Shown here in pieces: positions 24,567-35,087 of a stretch of DNA of 64,000 bases (its first letter is position 1; every line of letters starts with the position of its first letter). The DNA is from Nitrospirota bacterium (GTDB lineage Bacteria > Nitrospirota > Nitrospiria > Nitrospirales > NS-4): positions 32,001 to 96,000 of the forward strand of contig CAWBGA010000017.1 in NCBI GenBank assembly GCA_963788195.1, given 5' to 3'. The position numbers were made by a program, and so were the translations under genes. The notes beneath the pieces are model-generated. The model ran no database searches. It had not been told where the DNA came from and saw nothing but the letters and a program-made list of their open reading frames with translations.

Positions 24567-24761
24567 CCTGTCTCCTCTCGAGCCGTATAGTGAATTCGTC
24601 GGCCGTTTATGGAGAATTCTTGAGGTTATTCTAACGGGATCACGCCTCGCTGTCAAGAGACGCGCGGCTGTAGCGCCCCACCTGACGTTCAACTTTACCA
24701 ATGACATGACGCGAGTTACCTCAAGTCTTTAGACCTACGTATATTTTCGCTCCCTAATTCG

Positions 24762-24791
24762 TTGACACCCTCCAGAACCCCCCGTTAAAAT
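24762..24791 (+). promoter_or_regulatory. sigma70-type promoter of nadK (probably leaderless)
   Basis: TTGACA-18 nt-TAAAAT, ending 8 nt before ATG 24800. Confidence 0.6.
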
Positions 24792-24799
24792 GAGGCCCC

Positions 24800-25657
24800 A
24801 TGAAGCACATCGGAATTCTTATTAAGCCGGGCTTTCTTCATGCGAAGGCGCATCTTCAAGAACTCGTTCCGTGGCTCAAGAGCCGAGGCGTCACACCTCT
24901 ACTTGATCCTACTTCAGCGGAGCTTCTCGGAGAAGCTGTCTCCTACCCGAAACGCGAAATGGCGGCGATCGCAGATTTGCTGGTGGTGCTCGGCGGCGAC
25001 GGTACGATGCTTGCGGCCGCGAGGCTGGTGGAGGGCCGCCCCACTCCCATCCTGGGCGTGAACATGGGTGGTTTGGGTTTTCTGACCGAAGTCACGCCGG
25101 ACGGAATTTACAAGGCCCTCGAGAGCATCTTTGCCGGCGCCTATACCGTTGAAGAGCGTCTGATGCTGCGAGCGCGGATCTCCAGACACGGCCAGCAGGT
25201 GGGAGGCGCGACGGTGCTCAACGACGTCGTCGTGAGTAAGGGAACACTCACACGCATGGTTCAAATGGAGATTCGGATCAACAGTCAGTTCGTGACGGGT
25301 CTACGCGGCGACGGTCTGATCATTTCAACTCCGACGGGATCGACGGCGTACTCACTTTCGTCCGGAGGGCCGATTCTCAATCCTGCGGTGCATGCTGTCA
25401 TCCTTACGCCAATTTGTCCTCATACTCTGACGAATCGTCCGATTGTGATTCCGCAGGACGCGTCCGTGGAAGTCTTCATAGCCAGCCGGGAGGAGGGCCC
25501 CATGGCGACGTTCGACGGGCAGGTCGGCATCTCACTTCGGCATGAGGACATTATTGAAGTGAGCGCCTCGGATCATTATGCCAAACTCATCCGGTTCCCC
25601 GAGCGCACGTTCTACGAAGTACTGCGACAGAAATTGAAGTGGGGCGATGGCAATTAA
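24800..25657 (+). CDS. nadK: NAD kinase
   Basis: GGDGT, GGLGFL, ND motif, DGLIISTPTGSTAYSLSSGG. Confidence 0.96.
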   Translation: MKHIGILIKPGFLHAKAHLQELVPWLKSRGVTPLLDPTSAELLGEAVSYPKREMAAIADLLVVLGGDGTMLAAARLVEGRPTPILGVNMGGLGFLTEVTPDGIYKALESIFAGAYTVEERLMLRARISRHGQQVGGATVLNDVVVSKGTLTRMVQMEIRINSQFVTGLRGDGLIISTPTGSTAYSLSSGGPILNPAVHAVILTPICPHTLTNRPIVIPQDASVEVFIASREEGPMATFDGQVGISLRHEDIIEVSASDHYAKLIRFPERTFYEVLRQKLKWGDGN

Positions 25658-27030
25658 TGGAAGACTGATTCGCTCACGTCTGGTTTCTTCTCGCGGATCA
25701 CGGCCAGCATCTCTTCGTTTGTAGGAAATTTGAATTCTTCGATATCACGGCGTTGGCCTTCAAGACGCTCCATTTCACCGAGCGCCATGAGTTCCGGGGT
25801 TCGTACGACATCAGGTTGCCGTCCGACCACCAAGGTTTTCAACCGCTCAATCTTTTTAGTAATCTCTGCTTCATCAAGCGGTGGCCGGTTCTCCAGATAG
25901 CGGACGACGACTTCACTGCACCACTCGCCATCGCGCTTGGCCACACCGACGAGGCCCTCGCTCGCCTTTCTGGCCCACCCGCATAAGAACACGCCCTCAA
26001 CCACCTCTCCGGCGGTCTCGTCAAATGCTTGAAACAGACTGTCATCCGGATCATTGGCGGTTTTGTGCGGACTTGTAATGAAGGTGCCGTTCTTATACGG
26101 AAGCCCGACGCTCTCATCCACCCGATCGCCCACGGCAAACACTACGCTGTCACAGGCGAGGGGGTAGTAGGTCTTCAGGCCCACGGCCGCCGTATCCTGA
26201 CCTTTCGGTTCCAGCTTGGTGTCTTCCATCTCCACGCCTACAACGCGATTCTGCGTGTCCGTCAGCACTCGCTTCGGTGAGGACAGAAAATGAAAGTGCA
26301 TCTTCATGGGGCCTTCGGCCGGCTCACACTTGACAAACTCAGATCGCATGTCAGCCAGAACTTTATCCGGTGACTGTCCGACTGCCGCCAGACGAGACGC
26401 CACGCGATCGATCTCCTTCTGGAGGGCGGCCGCGTCGATGTAGGAACAGACCGCTCGGATCTCTTTGGGATTGTACTTGCGCTCGAATGGTCCTCGACGA
26501 ACGACGACGTGCACTTCCTCGACGGTTCGGCGACGAGCCAGCCAGTGGGCGATGTCGACCATGACATCGCCGATCCCGATGACCGCCACGCGCTTGCCCA
26601 TTTCGAACGGCCGAACACTGAAGTCGGGCAGCAGATTATAGTGATAGACACAGTCCTTGGCGTGATACACGCCCTGCGCCGAGTCACCTTCGACGCCGAT
26701 GGTCTTCGTCCCCTGCGCGCCCGTGGAAAAAACCAGAGCGCTTGGTTCAAGGGCTCTCAGGTCCGCCACGGTCAGATGTTTCCCATTGCCGACCGTGACA
26801 TTACCCAAATAGTGGACATTGGGGCGGGCGAGAACTTCCCAATACCCTTTTCTCAGACCGCCGCGCAGCTTGTGCTTCGTGGGAAAGATGCCGTATTCCG
26901 CCAGGCCGCCGAATTTAACGTCACGATTCAGAAGGACAACTTCGTGGCCTTGCTTGGACATAATGTTGACAACCGACATGCCTGCCGGGCCGGCACCAAC
27001 GACCAATATCAAGTGTCTCTGGTTGTTCAT
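25654..27030 (-). CDS. FAD-dependent ferredoxin/adrenodoxin-NADP+ reductase-like oxidoreductase
   Basis: GAGPAG FAD-binding motif, GGLAEYGI, second Rossmann motif VIGIGDV, GW near the C-terminus. Confidence 0.8.
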   Translation of the reverse strand: MNNQRHLILVVGAGPAGMSVVNIMSKQGHEVVLLNRDVKFGGLAEYGIFPTKHKLRGGLRKGYWEVLARPNVHYLGNVTVGNGKHLTVADLRALEPSALVFSTGAQGTKTIGVEGDSAQGVYHAKDCVYHYNLLPDFSVRPFEMGKRVAVIGIGDVMVDIAHWLARRRTVEEVHVVVRRGPFERKYNPKEIRAVCSYIDAAALQKEIDRVASRLAAVGQSPDKVLADMRSEFVKCEPAEGPMKMHFHFLSSPKRVLTDTQNRVVGVEMEDTKLEPKGQDTAAVGLKTYYPLACDSVVFAVGDRVDESVGLPYKNGTFITSPHKTANDPDDSLFQAFDETAGEVVEGVFLCGWARKASEGLVGVAKRDGEWCSEVVVRYLENRPPLDEAEITKKIERLKTLVVGRQPDVVRTPELMALGEMERLEGQRRDIEEFKFPTNEEMLAVIREKKPDVSESVFH

Positions 27031-27075
27031 ATCACCGCCCGCCCCGGAATCTGCCAAGACAGATTCCCTCGCCCG

Positions 27076-28557
27076 TTAACCGCCGGCGCTACCGGGTGAT
27101 CCGCCGGACAACCCTGGTTCGGTCATACGCCAGGGATCCAGCAGATGCTTTAATTGGTCCGCGGGTAATACTTTTTTCTTTTCGGCCACCTCACGCACGG
27201 TCTGCCCTGTCTTGTAGGCCTCTTTGGCGATTTCAGCAGCGGCTTCATACCCGATTTGAGGAGCCAGTGCGGTACACATCGCCAGACTCTCCTCGATCGC
27301 GGCCTGACAACGTTCGCGATCTGGCTGGATGTCCCGGATACAGCGACGTGCGAAGTTCGCCGAAGCCCGGCTCAGAAGCAGAATCGATTCCAAAAGATTG
27401 TGGGCCATGACCGGTAACATCACAAGCAACTCAAAGTTTCCCATTTGCCCCGCAGCCGTAATCGCGACATCATTGCCGATGACTTGCGCCGAAACCATCA
27501 TGACTGATTCGGCGATGACCGGGTTCACCTTACCCGGCATGATCGACGAACCCGGTTGCGTGGCAGGGAGGATGATTTCGCCAATGCCGCAGCGCGGTCC
27601 CGATCCCATCCAACGAATATCATTGGCGATCTTCATAAGACTGACGGCTAACGTTTTCAGCGCTCCGCTCGCCTCGACAAGAGAATCCTGGGCTGCTTGC
27701 GCTTCAAAATGATTGTGCGCTTCTTTCAACGCGCACCCCGTCTCCTTCGCCAGCAACGCGATCACACGAGGCGCAAACTCCGGATGAGCGTTCAGCCCGG
27801 TCCCCACCGCTGTCCCGCCCAGGGCAAGCTCTTCCAGTGAGACCCGTGCCCTCTGGACTCTGCCGATGCCCAGTTCGATTTGGCGGGCGTAACCTGAGAA
27901 TTCCTGCCCTAACCGGATCGGCGTGGCATCCTGTAAATGTGTCCGCCCGATTTTTACGATTCCATCGAACTCGTCCGCCTTCGCGGCCAGCGCCTGCTCA
28001 AGCTCCTTCAGCGCCGGCAATAACTCGCGATCGATCTCCTCGAGGGCGGCGATGTGAATCGCCGTGGGAATGACGTCATTGCTCGATTGCCCTAAATTCA
28101 CATGATCGTTGGGATGGACGACCTTTCCGCCTCGGGCGCCACCCAGCAGCTCCGCGGCCCTATTAGCGATCACTTCATTTACATTCATATTGGAGGAGGT
28201 TCCGGAGCCGGTCTGGAATACATCGACCGGAAATTCCCTGTCGTGCCGGCCCTCGATGACTTCTTGAGCGGCGGCGCGGATGGCTTTCGCTAGTTTCGGA
28301 TCAAGAAAACCGAGATCCTCATTGACCTGCGCCGCGGCGCGTTTAATCAGTCCCAGGGCGCGCAGCATGGGCCGGGGTAAACGGAGGTCGCTGATAGGAA
28401 AATTCTCGATGGCTCGTGCCGTTTGCACCCCATAGTACGCGGCGGCCGGAACCTCGAGCTCCCCCATTGTATCCCGCTCGGTGCGCGTGGCCGCAGGACC
28501 GCTCACTGGGCGTTTGGGGTCATCCTGCTTCACATCAATGCCCACGAAAAGACTCAC
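27076..28557 (-). CDS. fumC: class II fumarate hydratase
   Basis: QTGSGTSSNMNVNE, GRTHLQDA, GSSIMPGKVNP. Confidence 0.95.
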   Translation of the reverse strand: MSLFVGIDVKQDDPKRPVSGPAATRTERDTMGELEVPAAAYYGVQTARAIENFPISDLRLPRPMLRALGLIKRAAAQVNEDLGFLDPKLAKAIRAAAQEVIEGRHDREFPVDVFQTGSGTSSNMNVNEVIANRAAELLGGARGGKVVHPNDHVNLGQSSNDVIPTAIHIAALEEIDRELLPALKELEQALAAKADEFDGIVKIGRTHLQDATPIRLGQEFSGYARQIELGIGRVQRARVSLEELALGGTAVGTGLNAHPEFAPRVIALLAKETGCALKEAHNHFEAQAAQDSLVEASGALKTLAVSLMKIANDIRWMGSGPRCGIGEIILPATQPGSSIMPGKVNPVIAESVMMVSAQVIGNDVAITAAGQMGNFELLVMLPVMAHNLLESILLLSRASANFARRCIRDIQPDRERCQAAIEESLAMCTALAPQIGYEAAAEIAKEAYKTGQTVREVAEKKKVLPADQLKHLLDPWRMTEPGLSGGSPGSAGG

Positions 28558-28663
28558 ATCTCACGTGATTGGAAACGGCCCTTCTGGGGCCCTTCATGCG
28601 CGGGCGCAATTGTAATTCAAATGCATGCCCTATACAAGCCGGAGAATGCAGAGGTTTCCAGCT

Positions 28664-29806
28664 CTATCGGCGTTGGTCTAGCGGCAAATAGCTGCGGTTG
28701 TGATCCCCTTCATAAATCTGCTCTGGCCGATAGAGTTTGTTCTCTTTCATCTGTTCCAGCCAGTGCGCAAGCCAGCCGGTCACGCGCGCCATGGCAAAGA
28801 TCGACGTGTAGGTGTCCGTGGTGATCCCCATCTGGTCATAGACGAAGCCGGAATAATAGTCCACATTCGGGTAGACCTTCTTCCCACGCAATAGTTCCAG
28901 CGCGACCCGCTCGGTCTCCTCGGCAAGCGCATATAATGAAGACTTTCCACAGTGGCTGAAGAGTTCCTGCGCCAGCTGTTGCAGAATAACGGCCCGCGGG
29001 TCTTTTACCTTATACACCCGGTGACCGAACCCCATGATCGGAGCTTTCGCTTTGAGCCTCGCCGCCAGGTATGGACGGACGCCCTGGGGCGTCGCAATTT
29101 CTCGCAGCATCCCGATGACTTCTTCATTCGCGCCTCCATGCAACGGGCCCTTGAGGGCCCCGATGGCCGACGCCACAACCGTATAAGGATCCGCCAAGGT
29201 CGAAGCCGTGACAAGGCCGCAGAACGTGGACGCGTTCATGGTGTGTTCGGCGTGAAGAATCAGGCACTGATCCAGCACTCGCGCGACGAGAGGGTCAGGC
29301 TTTCGGTCAAACAGCATGTATAAGAAATTCTCAGTGAATTGCAGGTCGTCGCGCGGGGGGACGTACTCATCGCCGCGTCGAATACGCGCAAACGCCGCCA
29401 CGATCGTCGGCAGCTTGGCGATCAACCGGACGACCGACCAGTAATTGTTCTCGGGGTCCTGCACGTTGCGTCCGGGGTAGAACATCCCCAGAGCCGCCAC
29501 GGCCGCCTGCAATGCGTCCATAGGATGACCCTGCTCCGGCAAGGTCTTCACCAGGTCGACGATCTTGAACTTGATTCGCCGGTGGTCCGCGATATCAGTC
29601 GTGAATTTCTCCAATTCCAACTGCGTAGGAAGACGGCTGAACAGCAGCAGATAGGCGGTCTCGAGGAAATTGCTCTTCGCCGCAAGATCCTCGATTCGGA
29701 TGCCGCGGTACTCCAACACACCAGTCTCGCCGTTGACATCGCTGATCTTGGATCGGGCGGCGGGGACTCCGTCTAGGCCCGGCATAAAGTCATGGGGCAT
29801 GGTCAA
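28664..29806 (-). CDS. gltA: citrate synthase
   Basis: HAEH, LHGGANE, GFGHRVYK, YPNVDY. Confidence 0.93.
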   Translation of the reverse strand: MTMPHDFMPGLDGVPAARSKISDVNGETGVLEYRGIRIEDLAAKSNFLETAYLLLFSRLPTQLELEKFTTDIADHRRIKFKIVDLVKTLPEQGHPMDALQAAVAALGMFYPGRNVQDPENNYWSVVRLIAKLPTIVAAFARIRRGDEYVPPRDDLQFTENFLYMLFDRKPDPLVARVLDQCLILHAEHTMNASTFCGLVTASTLADPYTVVASAIGALKGPLHGGANEEVIGMLREIATPQGVRPYLAARLKAKAPIMGFGHRVYKVKDPRAVILQQLAQELFSHCGKSSLYALAEETERVALELLRGKKVYPNVDYYSGFVYDQMGITTDTYTSIFAMARVTGWLAHWLEQMKENKLYRPEQIYEGDHNRSYLPLDQRR

Positions 29807-29931
29807 GCTCCTTTTGGGACTATTCTTGCCTTGAACTTTGCAAACGTGTCAAGCAGACACGCGTCCTGCCTTGAAACCATCGCGGTCCCTCGGCCATACT
29901 GCCTTTCCGTGACGAGGGCGAATACTAGGAT

Positions 29932-32058
29932 ATGGAGCCTCAAACCGCCAAACGCTTCAAGAAATTCCTGACTGCGACGGGAGTCGGCATCGTTGTGTTT
30001 CTGACCACGGTGGCGCTTCACAGTTCAGGCCTCTTCCAAATTGCCGAACTCAAGACGCTCGACCATCGTTTTCATCAATACGCAAGCCCCCAGGCAGCGT
30101 CTCCGAATATTATCCTCATAGCCGTCGACGAAGCCAGTCTGGAGGCGTTTGGCCGGTGGCCCTGGCCTCGTGACCGACATGGCTACATCACGCAGTACCT
30201 ACAAAAAGCCGGCGCCCGGGCGATCGTCTTTGACGTCTTATTTCTGGAACCGGACGAAGGGGCGGAAGAGTTCGATGCCGCGTTCGCGGATGAGATGCGA
30301 GCCGCCGGTAACGTTTTCCTGCCGTACCTCCTTCAAGGATCGACACCTCTGCCGCCGTCGCTCTACGGCAGCGCAGCCATGCCAATCGAAGGGGGGCCAG
30401 TGAGACGCTTGGCAGAGGGTGTGAAGTTGCCGATTTTTGACTTAGCGATCACTGCAAAGGGTCTCGGGTACATTAACCTGAGCGCGGACCCCGATGGCGT
30501 GATACGACGTCTCCCTCTATTGGCTGGCGGGAACGACCCCAAGTATGCGTGGACGCATCTGGTCATGGGCGTCGCTCGCCACCTTTTGAATGCCGATCGT
30601 GCGACTGTCGGCCCGCGCGCGATTACCGTGGGGAACGCGACCATTCCGGTGACCGCCGATGGAGACCTCGTGATCGACTGGCATGGCGATCTAAAGGAGA
30701 CCTATAAATCCTACTCTGCGGGTGCTGTGCTCAGGTCCTTCTCGGAAATGGAACGGGGCGACCAGCCGTTCCTTGATCCGGGACTGTTCAAGGATGCCGT
30801 TGTGTTTGTGGCGGGCACAGCGGCGGGCACCTACGATCTGCGGGTCACGCCGGTGTCGCCATTCGCGCCAGGGGTGTTGATCCACATGACCGCGCTCGAC
30901 AACATTTTAAGGGGAGCCTACATGCGCGAGGCGCCCGTTTCATTGTTCATCGCCACCATGCTGGTCGTATGCCTCGCGACGGCCTGGGGCTTCATGCTGC
31001 TCCAACACCAGGTTCTGAAGTTTACCGTCGTCCTCGGGCTGGCCGCTGCGTACTACGGCCTGGTCGTGCATGCGTTCAAGAGTCACGGTTTGTGGCTAGA
31101 ACTGGCATTCCCGGAAGCTGCCGTCGGAGCCACCTTTGCACTTGCGGCGAGCGTCGAGTATCTCACCGAGGGCCGGCAGCGCCGGCAACTTCGGGCGGCC
31201 TTCGACAAGTACATGGCGCCCGAAGTCGTGGATGAGATCATGCGCCACCCGGATATTAAACTCGGTGGTGAAAGGAAAGAGCTGACCCTCCTGTTCTCCG
31301 ACATCGCAGGCTTTACCACCATTTCGGAGCGCCTGAGCCCGGAAGAATTGGTCGAGCTTCTAAATGAGTATCTCTCAGCCATGACGGATATTATTCGGCA
31401 GCAGCGAGGAAATGTGAACAAGTACCTTGGTGACGGCATCATGGCGATCTTCGGCGCGCCGCTCGGGGAGCCTACCCACGCCACCCTCGCGTGCTATGCC
31501 GCACTCGACAGTCAGGCGGCTCTCACCAGGTTGCGCGTGGATTGGAAGGCTGGGGGGCGTCCTGAGATCGCCGCCCGAATTGGAATCAATACCGGCGATG
31601 TGGTGGTCGGCAATATGGGATCGCAAACCCGGCTGGAGTATACTGTCATGGGCGATAACGTGAACCTTGCGTCACGGTTGGAAGGCGCCAACAAGTTCTA
31701 CGACACCCCAATCCTGATCGGGCATCGTACCTATGAGCTCGCCCAATCCGATGTCGAGGCGAGGGAGGTGGATCTCTTAAGAGTCAAAGGCAAACACGAG
31801 CCGGTCGTGGTATATGAGCTCCTTGCACGCAAGGGGCAACTGGATCCTATGAAACAGCAGGTCATACAGGGGTACATGGGGGGCCTGCGGGCTTATAAAG
31901 CCCGTGACTTTGCGCAGGCGCACCGCGACTTTGAAGCCACACTTAGACTGGATCCGTTGGATGGACCTTCCAGAGTATATCTGCGTCGGTCTGAAGAATT
32001 TCTTGCCACGCCGCCGTCCGTTGACTGGGACGGCGTGTACGAATTGCATACCAAGTAA
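29932..32058 (+). CDS. CHASE2-domain class III adenylate cyclase
   Basis: GRWPWPR and D.DGVIRR (CHASE2); three TM helices; FSDIAGFT, KYLGDG, YTVMGDNVNLASRLE; C-terminal TPR-like tail ending WDGV. Confidence 0.92.
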   Translation: MEPQTAKRFKKFLTATGVGIVVFLTTVALHSSGLFQIAELKTLDHRFHQYASPQAASPNIILIAVDEASLEAFGRWPWPRDRHGYITQYLQKAGARAIVFDVLFLEPDEGAEEFDAAFADEMRAAGNVFLPYLLQGSTPLPPSLYGSAAMPIEGGPVRRLAEGVKLPIFDLAITAKGLGYINLSADPDGVIRRLPLLAGGNDPKYAWTHLVMGVARHLLNADRATVGPRAITVGNATIPVTADGDLVIDWHGDLKETYKSYSAGAVLRSFSEMERGDQPFLDPGLFKDAVVFVAGTAAGTYDLRVTPVSPFAPGVLIHMTALDNILRGAYMREAPVSLFIATMLVVCLATAWGFMLLQHQVLKFTVVLGLAAAYYGLVVHAFKSHGLWLELAFPEAAVGATFALAASVEYLTEGRQRRQLRAAFDKYMAPEVVDEIMRHPDIKLGGERKELTLLFSDIAGFTTISERLSPEELVELLNEYLSAMTDIIRQQRGNVNKYLGDGIMAIFGAPLGEPTHATLACYAALDSQAALTRLRVDWKAGGRPEIAARIGINTGDVVVGNMGSQTRLEYTVMGDNVNLASRLEGANKFYDTPILIGHRTYELAQSDVEAREVDLLRVKGKHEPVVVYELLARKGQLDPMKQQVIQGYMGGLRAYKARDFAQAHRDFEATLRLDPLDGPSRVYLRRSEEFLATPPSVDWDGVYELHTK

Positions 32059-32069
32059 GGGAGGCTGCC

Positions 32070-32579
32070 GTGAACGTGCGACACCCGGTACGCATTGTCA
32101 TCCCCATCCTGATTTTGCTGAGCGCTGTCGTGAGTGCTGCCTGGGCGGAGACGGTCTTCGTCCAAGCAAAAACGGCGCAACTCCGTGCGGGAAAAACGTC
32201 CTTGGATCCGGTCGTTGCCAATGTTAAGTACGGCGAGCCCTTGCAAGTACGCAAGACTGAAGGCAAGTGGATGGAGGTCGAGACTCGCTCGGGCAGCACG
32301 GGATGGATCTTTGCGAATAAGACAACCACGGTAAAGCCCTCCGGAGGCGAAGACGAACTCTCCAGGCTGGGCCGAAGTGTTCGAGGCAAAGAGGCCTCCG
32401 ACGCAACCGCGTCCGCGGGAGCTCGCGGGCTGGACAAGGTCGCAGAGGGATACGCCAATAATTCCCGGATTCCGCAGCGCTACCGCGACGCCGTGGATCG
32501 CATGACCGCTTATAAAGTCACGGACCAGGAAGTCGAAGACTTCCTCAAGAAGGGGGAGCTCAGCGAGTATGCGAAATAA
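32070..32579 (+). CDS. secreted SH3-domain protein
   Basis: Signal peptide; bacterial SH3-like pattern (GKWMEV...GWI); ASAGARGL motif. Confidence 0.75.
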   Translation: MNVRHPVRIVIPILILLSAVVSAAWAETVFVQAKTAQLRAGKTSLDPVVANVKYGEPLQVRKTEGKWMEVETRSGSTGWIFANKTTTVKPSGGEDELSRLGRSVRGKEASDATASAGARGLDKVAEGYANNSRIPQRYRDAVDRMTAYKVTDQEVEDFLKKGELSEYAK

Positions 32580-33431
32580 AACCAATCGGCACAGCAGCCC
32601 TGGCCCTCGTCATGATCGGAATGGTCGCAGGGTGCCCGGAATTCCGCCAGGTGGCCGAGGACACCGCCGCACGATCAGGAGATAAGCGTCTGGCAAAGAC
32701 GATTCATGGAACCGGCACGCTCATCGGCGGCCTGCTCCCGATCGGATATGAAGAGGAACAATCCATCGGGGAGGCCATCGCCTTGCAGGTCGTCGCCCGA
32801 TCCGGCGGCGTGGTGGAGCAACCTGAACTTACTCGATACGTCAACCTCGTCGGCCGAGCCGTGGCGGCGACCTCCGATCGTCCTGACATACCCTATCGCT
32901 TCGCCGTGTCTGAATGATGAGTCCATCAATGCCTTTGCGGCTCCGGCGGGATATGTGTTCGTCACAAACGGCCTGCTCAAACAGGTGCGCAATGAAGCCG
33001 AACTGGCAGGGGTTTTAGGGCATGAAATCGCCCATGTGAGTCAAAAACACATCCTCGAGGTGATTCAGCGAAGTAAGCAGCTCGCCGGCCTGTCCGAGGC
33101 CGGACTCGCCTATGCTAACCAGAATCCTCAAGCTTTTAAAAATGTCATTGATGCGGCCGTCAAGAAACTGTTGGACGAAGGGCTCGATCAGGATAAAGAA
33201 ATCGAAGCGGATGCGTTAGGAGATGTCTTTGCCGCCCGGGTCGGCTATGACCCGACCGCGTACCCGGCCTTATTGACACGCCTCCGCGCATTGAAAGGCG
33301 ATGATCGCGCCTTCTTCAAGACCCATCCAAACTTCAGCGCGCGGATCGACGCGGTGCAGAAGACGATTCAGGCCCAAGGCTTAAAGGCAAACGGGGTGCT
33401 TCTGGCCGAGCGATTCGCACGCCGATCCTAA
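32569..33431 (+). CDS. M48 family zinc metallopeptidase lipoprotein (frameshifts ~32580 and ~32905)
   Basis: Lipobox VAGC; NAFAAPAG, ELAGVLGHEIAH, EAD, THP motifs. Confidence 0.88.
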
Positions 33432-33432
33432 A

Positions 33433-33813
33433 CTAAAGGTCTTGGCAGGCGCTGCACCGCTTCGGTTCTTCCCCTGCGCTGAGTTCCTGCTGAGTGACAG
33501 AAAACGGGAGTTGGCAAAGTTCGCAGGCCCGGACTTCGAAAATGGGCTGGCCCTGATCGTCAAACCGCGTCGGCAGAAGTAAATCGGCCGGATCATATCC
33601 TAACAGAACATTGTCGGGAAACTTTACCACGGCCAAACGCACGTTAAATTTTTCCCAGCTTGCGATTTGGCCCTTTCTCGTAAGCGGATGATCAGCTGTC
33701 ACATAGACCGGCTGGCCATATCGTCGATGGCGGAGATCCCGAAGATTCCGGGCGTCCGAGGTTGCCACTGCGTATCCCGTGGCCTGCGCAAATCGTCCTT
33801 CCTCACGACCCAT
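33433..33813 (-). CDS. hypothetical protein with C-terminal CxxC...CxxC zinc ribbon
   Basis: CELC...RCSAC at the C-terminus; probable start ATG 33813. Confidence 0.6.
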   Translation of the reverse strand: MGREEGRFAQATGYAVATSDARNLRDLRHRRYGQPVYVTADHPLTRKGQIASWEKFNVRLAVVKFPDNVLLGYDPADLLLPTRFDDQGQPIFEVRACELCQLPFSVTQQELSAGEEPKRCSACQDL

Positions 33814-33952
33814 CCGATCTCCATGAGCCACGAAATAGGCGCGGCCGCGCTGCATCTATATCATCCGATGCCGCAGGGGTCAAGGGAGCCGCAGAGCTTG
33901 ACAATTCGGGACGTTCATTGCTATCAGGAACATTCACTGTAATGGGAACATT

Positions 33953-34303
33953 ATGGAAAAGTTGACGGTGTATCAAAAGCCCACATGCTCGAAATGCCGC
34001 GAGACACTGGCTATTTTACGCGAGGCAAAAGCAAACTTTGACACTGTGGATTATTTCGCCGCTCCTATGTCGGTAGCGACCCTTAGACGTTTGGTGAAAA
34101 AACTGGGGGTAAGTCCGCGGGAAATCATACGGACCGGCGAAGAGATCTACAAGCGATTAGACCTGAATACTAAAGAGGTGTCGGACGATGAACTCATCAA
34201 GATCATGGTTGTCTATCCGGATCTGATTCAGCGCCCGATTATCGAAAAAGGCGACATGGCGGTTCTAGGTCGCCCGCCCGAAAAGGTGAAGGAGCTTCTA
34301 TAA
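33953..34303 (+). CDS. ArsC/Spx family reductase
   Basis: YQKPTCSKCR, LIQRPI, LGRPPE. Confidence 0.88.
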   Translation: MEKLTVYQKPTCSKCRETLAILREAKANFDTVDYFAAPMSVATLRRLVKKLGVSPREIIRTGEEIYKRLDLNTKEVSDDELIKIMVVYPDLIQRPIIEKGDMAVLGRPPEKVKELL

Positions 34304-34337
34304 AAAAAGGGCCGGGGGTCTTCCTCCGGCCCTTTTT
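34304..34337. terminator. bidirectional intrinsic terminator between convergent arsC-like and HU genes
   Basis: A-tract, GGGCCGG, loop, CCGGCCC, T-tract. Confidence 0.85.
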
Positions 34338-34356
34338 CTAGCGCCCCGGAACAGCA

Positions 34357-34644
34357 CTATTTCTTCAGTAAGACGGCATCTTTACAGGCTTTCGCCACAC
34401 GGAATTTCACGACTCGTTTCGCGGGAATCTTAAGCGGCTCACCGGTTTGGGGATTCCGTCCCATCCGAGCCTTTCGGTTCATCAGCACCAGTTTACCAAG
34501 ACCGGGCAATGTGAAGCTATTCTTAGCCTCTTTATGGGCAAGAGAAGCCAGATCGTCTAAAAATTGCCCTGCGGCTTTCTTGGTGATCCCCGCCTTACCG
34601 GCCATGTGTTCGGTAATTTGGGACTTCGTCATCGCTTTCGCCAT
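34357..34644 (-). CDS. hup: HU family DNA-binding protein
   Basis: MTKSQI, GLGKL, ARMGRNPQTGE, VKFR. Confidence 0.93.
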   Translation of the reverse strand: MAKAMTKSQITEHMAGKAGITKKAAGQFLDDLASLAHKEAKNSFTLPGLGKLVLMNRKARMGRNPQTGEPLKIPAKRVVKFRVAKACKDAVLLKK

Positions 34645-35087
34645 ACGCACTCTCCTTTCGATTAGAGACCGCCTCGCGGCCCGTTAGATCTTAACCCTCA
34701 TGAAGGACGACTGTATCTGTTTGTTTAAAGAACCTTGGGGAAAAAGAAACACGTGCAACCACGACGTCGCGCTTTCTCTGAAACAATCGGTGATGATCGC
34801 GCAGAAACTATACCAAAGAGTTAGCTACCGAACCCTAGTCAAAACATGAGCAGAAGTGGCATCCGACCCGCATTATATGCGGGAAACGGCGCTGACTGTA
34901 CCGAAGGGCGACAGGGAATGCAAGAGGAAAGAAACATAATTTATTTTTGCTTTTGCGCTGACCCATTTGACACCTAGAGCAAACGGCAGGCCAGTGCAAC
35001 TTTCACGATTCTACAATCGCACGCGTCGTCTCGCCGCATGCTCGACATGCGTCCGAAGCCGCGGCGCGCGTCACTCAGCCTAAACAG

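Noticed and set aside
33953..34303. Arsenic-resistance operon
   Set aside because: Lone ArsC-family gene with no arsR, arsB or acr3 nearby.
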